Source: Nemertoderma westbladi (lineage: Eukaryota > Animalia > Xenacoelomorpha). From it: DNA of 64,000 nucleotides. The stretch covers positions 33,445 to 97,444 of the forward strand of contig JAUCBJ010006985.1 in NCBI GenBank assembly GCA_032718475.1, read 5' to 3'. Positions 59,999-64,000 of this stretch are shown here, piece after piece. The translations under genes and the position numbers were made by a program. The notes below the pieces were generated by a model. It was not told the DNA's origin. It saw only the letters and a program-made list of their open reading frames with translations, and did not search any database. How positions within the stretch are numbered: position 1 is the first letter of the stretch; each line of letters opens with the position of its first letter.

Positions 59999-62474
59999 TA
60001 CTTTATTATAGTTACTGTTATTGTAGTTACTGCTACTTATTGTAGTTATTTTTTATCGTTTTATTATTTTTGCTCATTGTTGCTCGTTGTTGGTCATTGT
60101 TGTACTTTATTATTGCTCATTGTTGCTCGTTGTTGCTCGCTCGTTGTTGCTCGTTGTTGCTCATTGTTGGTCGTTGTTGCTCATTGTTGTACTTTATCAT
60201 TGCTCATTGTTGCTCGTTGTTGCTCATTGTTGCTCGTTGTTGCTCATTGTTCCTCATTGTTGGTCATTGTTACTCGTTGTTGTACTTTATTATTGCTCAT
60301 TGTTGCTCGTTGTTGCTCATTGCTGCTCGTTGTTGCTCATTGTTGCTCGTTGTTGCTCGTTGTTGCTCATTGTTGCTCGTTGTTGCTCATTGTTGCTCGT
60401 TGTTGCTCATTGTTGCTCGTTGTTGCTCATTGTTGCTCGTTGTTGGTCATTGTTGCCCGTTGTGCATTTTAGCACCTACCATCAGAGAATCATTCAATTT
60501 CTGTGCGTGTGATATTTATGCCTAACTCATGTTGTATACCATCGTGAACCTTGTTTATATGTTGCCTTGCAGCAGTTGTGGTAGTGCTGAACTCTCATTG
60601 GTAACTACCGGTGCAGGTATTCTTGCGTCCTATTGGCTGTTCTAATTTTGCAGTGTTGCTTGTTTATATAGTCGATGTTCATCCCATTACTCTCAGGCAT
60701 AACCTAACATCATATTAGCCTGATGCGAGTCATGTAACTTGCAGGACTCGTGATATTTCACCTTGCTGTATGCATTGTTGCTTGCTGTATTACATTATTA
60801 TTATTTGTTATTATTGCTCTACTATTGTTGATGAATAATATACAAGACCAGAGATCAAACCAACTCGATTTCCACACGGTTAGTGCTGGCTGCGCCCTGT
60901 CTGTAATAGATGCGGTTCATTTTAGTGCGAGTTTGTGCGTCCATAGTACTGCAATATTATTCCCCAACGAGAGAAAGCCGCCCCAATATTAGATTATTAC
61001 AACAACATATCCATTGGGTAAGAAAGTGGAGGAGAGCCAGCCCGTCCTTTAATTTTTTACTTTATATTACGCGATCAATTTTCACTCATCTCGTCATGAA
61101 CCCAACATGTATGTAACCTTTTGTTAAATTTGTTGGCTATGCGTTTGCGGTTGTTTGGTCGGAGTGTGGTAGGCCTACACTTTTCGCACTTAAATATTTT
61201 GGTTGTGAAATGTTACAGGGCATAGCTATCTGAGATATTCCATTTATATTTTATTATGAGAGGAAGAAGAACATGCAACGTTATTTACTATATATGTAAC
61301 AAAATAATTGTTTTCGGGTTTAACTTGGCAGCCTCCCCAAATAGTTGATATACAATTATATTTAAAATTATTTCCATGGTCATGGTCATTCACCCGTCTT
61401 TAGTTAGAAATTTGTTTGCATGAAAGACAGTTTAGTTTAGTTTTTACTGATTTATTATCTCTTATCTGACTGGGGTAATAATAAAGGATAGGATAAATGG
61501 AAGCAAAGTGTGACAGTAACAAATATTTCCCCGTCACCCTAGCATGTCTTAAGTATATGATATATCAAAGGGGGAAGTTTGGATTCACTGCATAAATGCA
61601 GTTCACCAAACTTCCCCCGAATGCACACTGTAACTTCCCCCTTCCCCCAAATATCCACTGTTGAATTAATTTGAAGCGATATAATAAGTACAAAATTGTG
61701 CGAGTTTTTAATTGTGTGGTCCAATTGTTATTTGATTTCTATTTATTATTTAAAGTGCATTTAATATCACACTGGTTTTTAGAATATTATACTATACAAC
61801 CTTATGTTTTATTAATTTACCCAATCGAAGCCTCATAAGGGCCGGTTATTTGTACGCATATCCCCTAATGCGCTCAGTAAGGTTCAAACAACATATTAAT
61901 ATGAAAATAAAGTATCTGCAAAGAAAAGAACCCAATACTATATAATTTGACCTTATTAAAAAATTTGCACTTTTGCACACTTATTTGTACAAATGCACTT
62001 TAGCAGATCGTAATGGTGGCTCTTATTTAACAAACTTATGTTTATCCTCTACCGATCTACGATGGTGTATGATCAAGTGTCAGTCGCTAAAAGTGTCAAA
62101 AATCCAATTTAATAAATCTGGATTTGCGATTTTGGACCATATTCATGGACATTTTTAAGTCACTTTATAGACATAAAAAGTTAAACAAATGTTACGATTA
62201 TAGTTAGAAATCATTCCAAACTACATTTTAATCCAAAAAATAACATTCTACGATGAATAGAACTGGAAATAACAGTGTTTGAAATATCGAAAAAATGTTC
62301 ACTATTTAAGTGCATTTTGCACTAAGTGCACATAAGTCTTTTCCCAAGTTTTATCCTATTTCACACACTACAATCTATCCTCTATCCAATGAAAAAAGTT
62401 TCAGATTAAACGGCCCTGTAGAACCGAAGTTATTTATGTTTAAAAATAGTCACTCGAAAATTTCAAATTCTCTT

Positions 62475-62547
62475 GGTCACATAGTCTAGTGGTTATCAAT
62501 CACGTTAATGAAACCTAAGTTCGCGGGTTCGAAATCCAATATTGACC
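62475..62547 (+). pseudogene. Degenerate tRNA-like sequence (tRNA pseudogene or SINE head, Val-like 5' half)
   Basis: A box TAGTCTAGTGG, B box GGTTCGAAATCC and GGTCA/TGACC acceptor-like pairing over 73 nt. The anticodon arm is disrupted. Confidence 0.4.
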
Positions 62548-64000
62548 TGACCATTCTTAATTTTTTTGCAAAAAAAATTATTTTTATTTTTTCACTAAAA
62601 TCGCTCTAACTTCGGTTCTGGTGGTCCAAATTCAATAAAATTGGTATATTCTTTGCCGTAATTTTTTTCTTAATCTTTTGAGAAGGGGTTATTTTTGGCC
62701 CCAAAAAAATTAAAAAAAAGGGCCAAAATAACGCGATATTTTTCGACCCTTAAAATTCGTAATTTTAATTATATATGTTAAGATAAAAGATAGCGGAGTT
62801 AATTTGATACTTTTTACAGGTACTTTTGGCGCAATACGCTAAATTATAATGGAATAGCGATTTGTTAAAAAAAAAAATTTTTCGTCCCTTTTTATAAATA
62901 TTATATTTCACACGATCGCCTGCCGCTCCAGTTTTATAATACCTCCGGCGCTGTGATTAACGCTGTTAGATAGATAATTTAACGCACTATAAGTCTGTGT
63001 AAACAAATCTCCCGTAAGTTAAGTAGTTTTCGAGCTAGACGATTTCCCGCGAAGCAAGTTTGAAGCGCGAAATTATAATTTTGGCCCTCATTTTTTTAAT
63101 ATCATCCTTGGAGCAAAACCGATAGCATATTTGAATTCCCCGTATGGATATTGACTGTATAGAATGTACCTTAACCAACTAAAGTTAAAAATAAAAAATT
63201 ATTCGATAAAAACTACTTTACAAATTCTGGCCCTTTTTGGCCCCTATTGCCGACATATTTTTTGTACCCCCATTCGATAGGAACGTAGCCCCAATGGTCT
63301 TCTACGAGTTTCATAAAAGAATTAGTGGATTCCTACCCGCGTTGTCGAATTAAACATTTCGGAAATAAGTTTTCCAAAAAAGACGGACAAAAACGTACAA
63401 ATTTACAGCCCCTTTTTCCACCCGAAATTTTAATAAATATCTTACCCCCATTCGATACGAAGGTAGTACCACTCTTCCCCTTTCCAACCGCGTTACTTTC
63501 GTCCCCGTACGATTAATATTAGCCGAGTTATAGCGGATCCCGCAAAGTCATTTTGTCCGTTTTTTCAACTTTGACGGACATTTTCGGAAAAAAGGCGTGG
63601 TAATCTTTTTTGAAAAAAAAAACGAATTCACTAATTAATCCCTTCTATCGTATCCCGGCGTCGGCTAAGCAATAACCTAGGGTTTTTTCGAGCCACTGTA
63701 GAGCGCCTTTCAAAAAAATTTTAAAATTGTCGAAAAAATGACGGATTTTTGTCCGCCGTGTCCGTCGAAGGGTTAGATTTAATAATGTTAGAGTTGCTAA
63801 TATCTTAGAATTCCGAGCCGCTCCCCTGGTGAGAAAATAAAAAAATTTGGTCTGTTCCTTCATCGAAAAGTCCCCCAGAATCCCAAGTTAACCTATATAG
63901 TTAGCGATGGCCTGCGGCTTTAGGAGCGGCCGCGGTATTCACCTCCCTCATAGCGGCCGCGGCGGTGTTGCGTCAAATGGAGAAATATTTATCCCACCAG

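Larger units (their letters stand above)
56301..60480. mobile_element. 4.2-kb Mutator/Foldback-type element with 9-bp-repeat arms
   Basis: TIR GGTAGGTGCTAAAATGCACAACG. 9-bp TSD ATCAGAGAA (56292-56300, 60481-60489). Arms are arrays of AACGAGCAA/AATGAGCAA-type 9-mers (56320-57140; inverted at 60070-60462). Confidence 0.9.

Noticed and set aside
55288-60525. Hydrophobic or Cys-rich ORFs up to 317 aa (LLIVARCC, GGLTFVP)
   Set aside because: Artefacts of 9-bp and 21-bp tandem repeats.
60500-64000. Short ORFs and a GC-rich repeat (GCGGCCGCGG x2 at ~63925-63963)
   Set aside because: No recognisable protein motifs. Probably TE remnants whose boundaries cannot be fixed within the window.

Overview
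This is AT-rich animal genomic DNA, not prokaryotic, and it is dominated by transposable elements. Two intact minus-strand genes are present: a 596-aa LRR/RNI-like protein (1557-3347) and a full-length HUWE1 HECT E3 ligase encoded by one uninterrupted 12.4-kb ORF (17209-29604). The rest is RTE-clade LINE fragments with (TAG)n tails, Helentron/DINE-1-like elements, minisatellites and a deeply nested DNA-transposon cluster (32.6-47.5 kb) sitting inside an old CR1/L2-type RT remnant. Most boundaries in that cluster are supported by TIRs and target-site duplications (TSDs). Highlights: (1) a 6.1-kb hAT-type element with an 8-bp TSD carries a decayed, intronless 5' part of DDX1 (Pack-TIR-like gene capture); (2) a bipartite motif CGTTTATTGTTTTGGTT-N14/15-CTGTAACCTGCTCCTTT recurs inside unrelated transposons and as a divergent pair upstream of HUWE1; (3) short insertions (TA to TACCGGTA/TAGGCCTA, and 8-bp duplications) look like excision footprints and cluster upstream of the genes; (4) an 8.6-kb foldback is built from two copies of the same end of a Sola-like element. 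Coordinates were read by eye and may be off by a few bases. Family assignments come from remembered motifs, not database searches.
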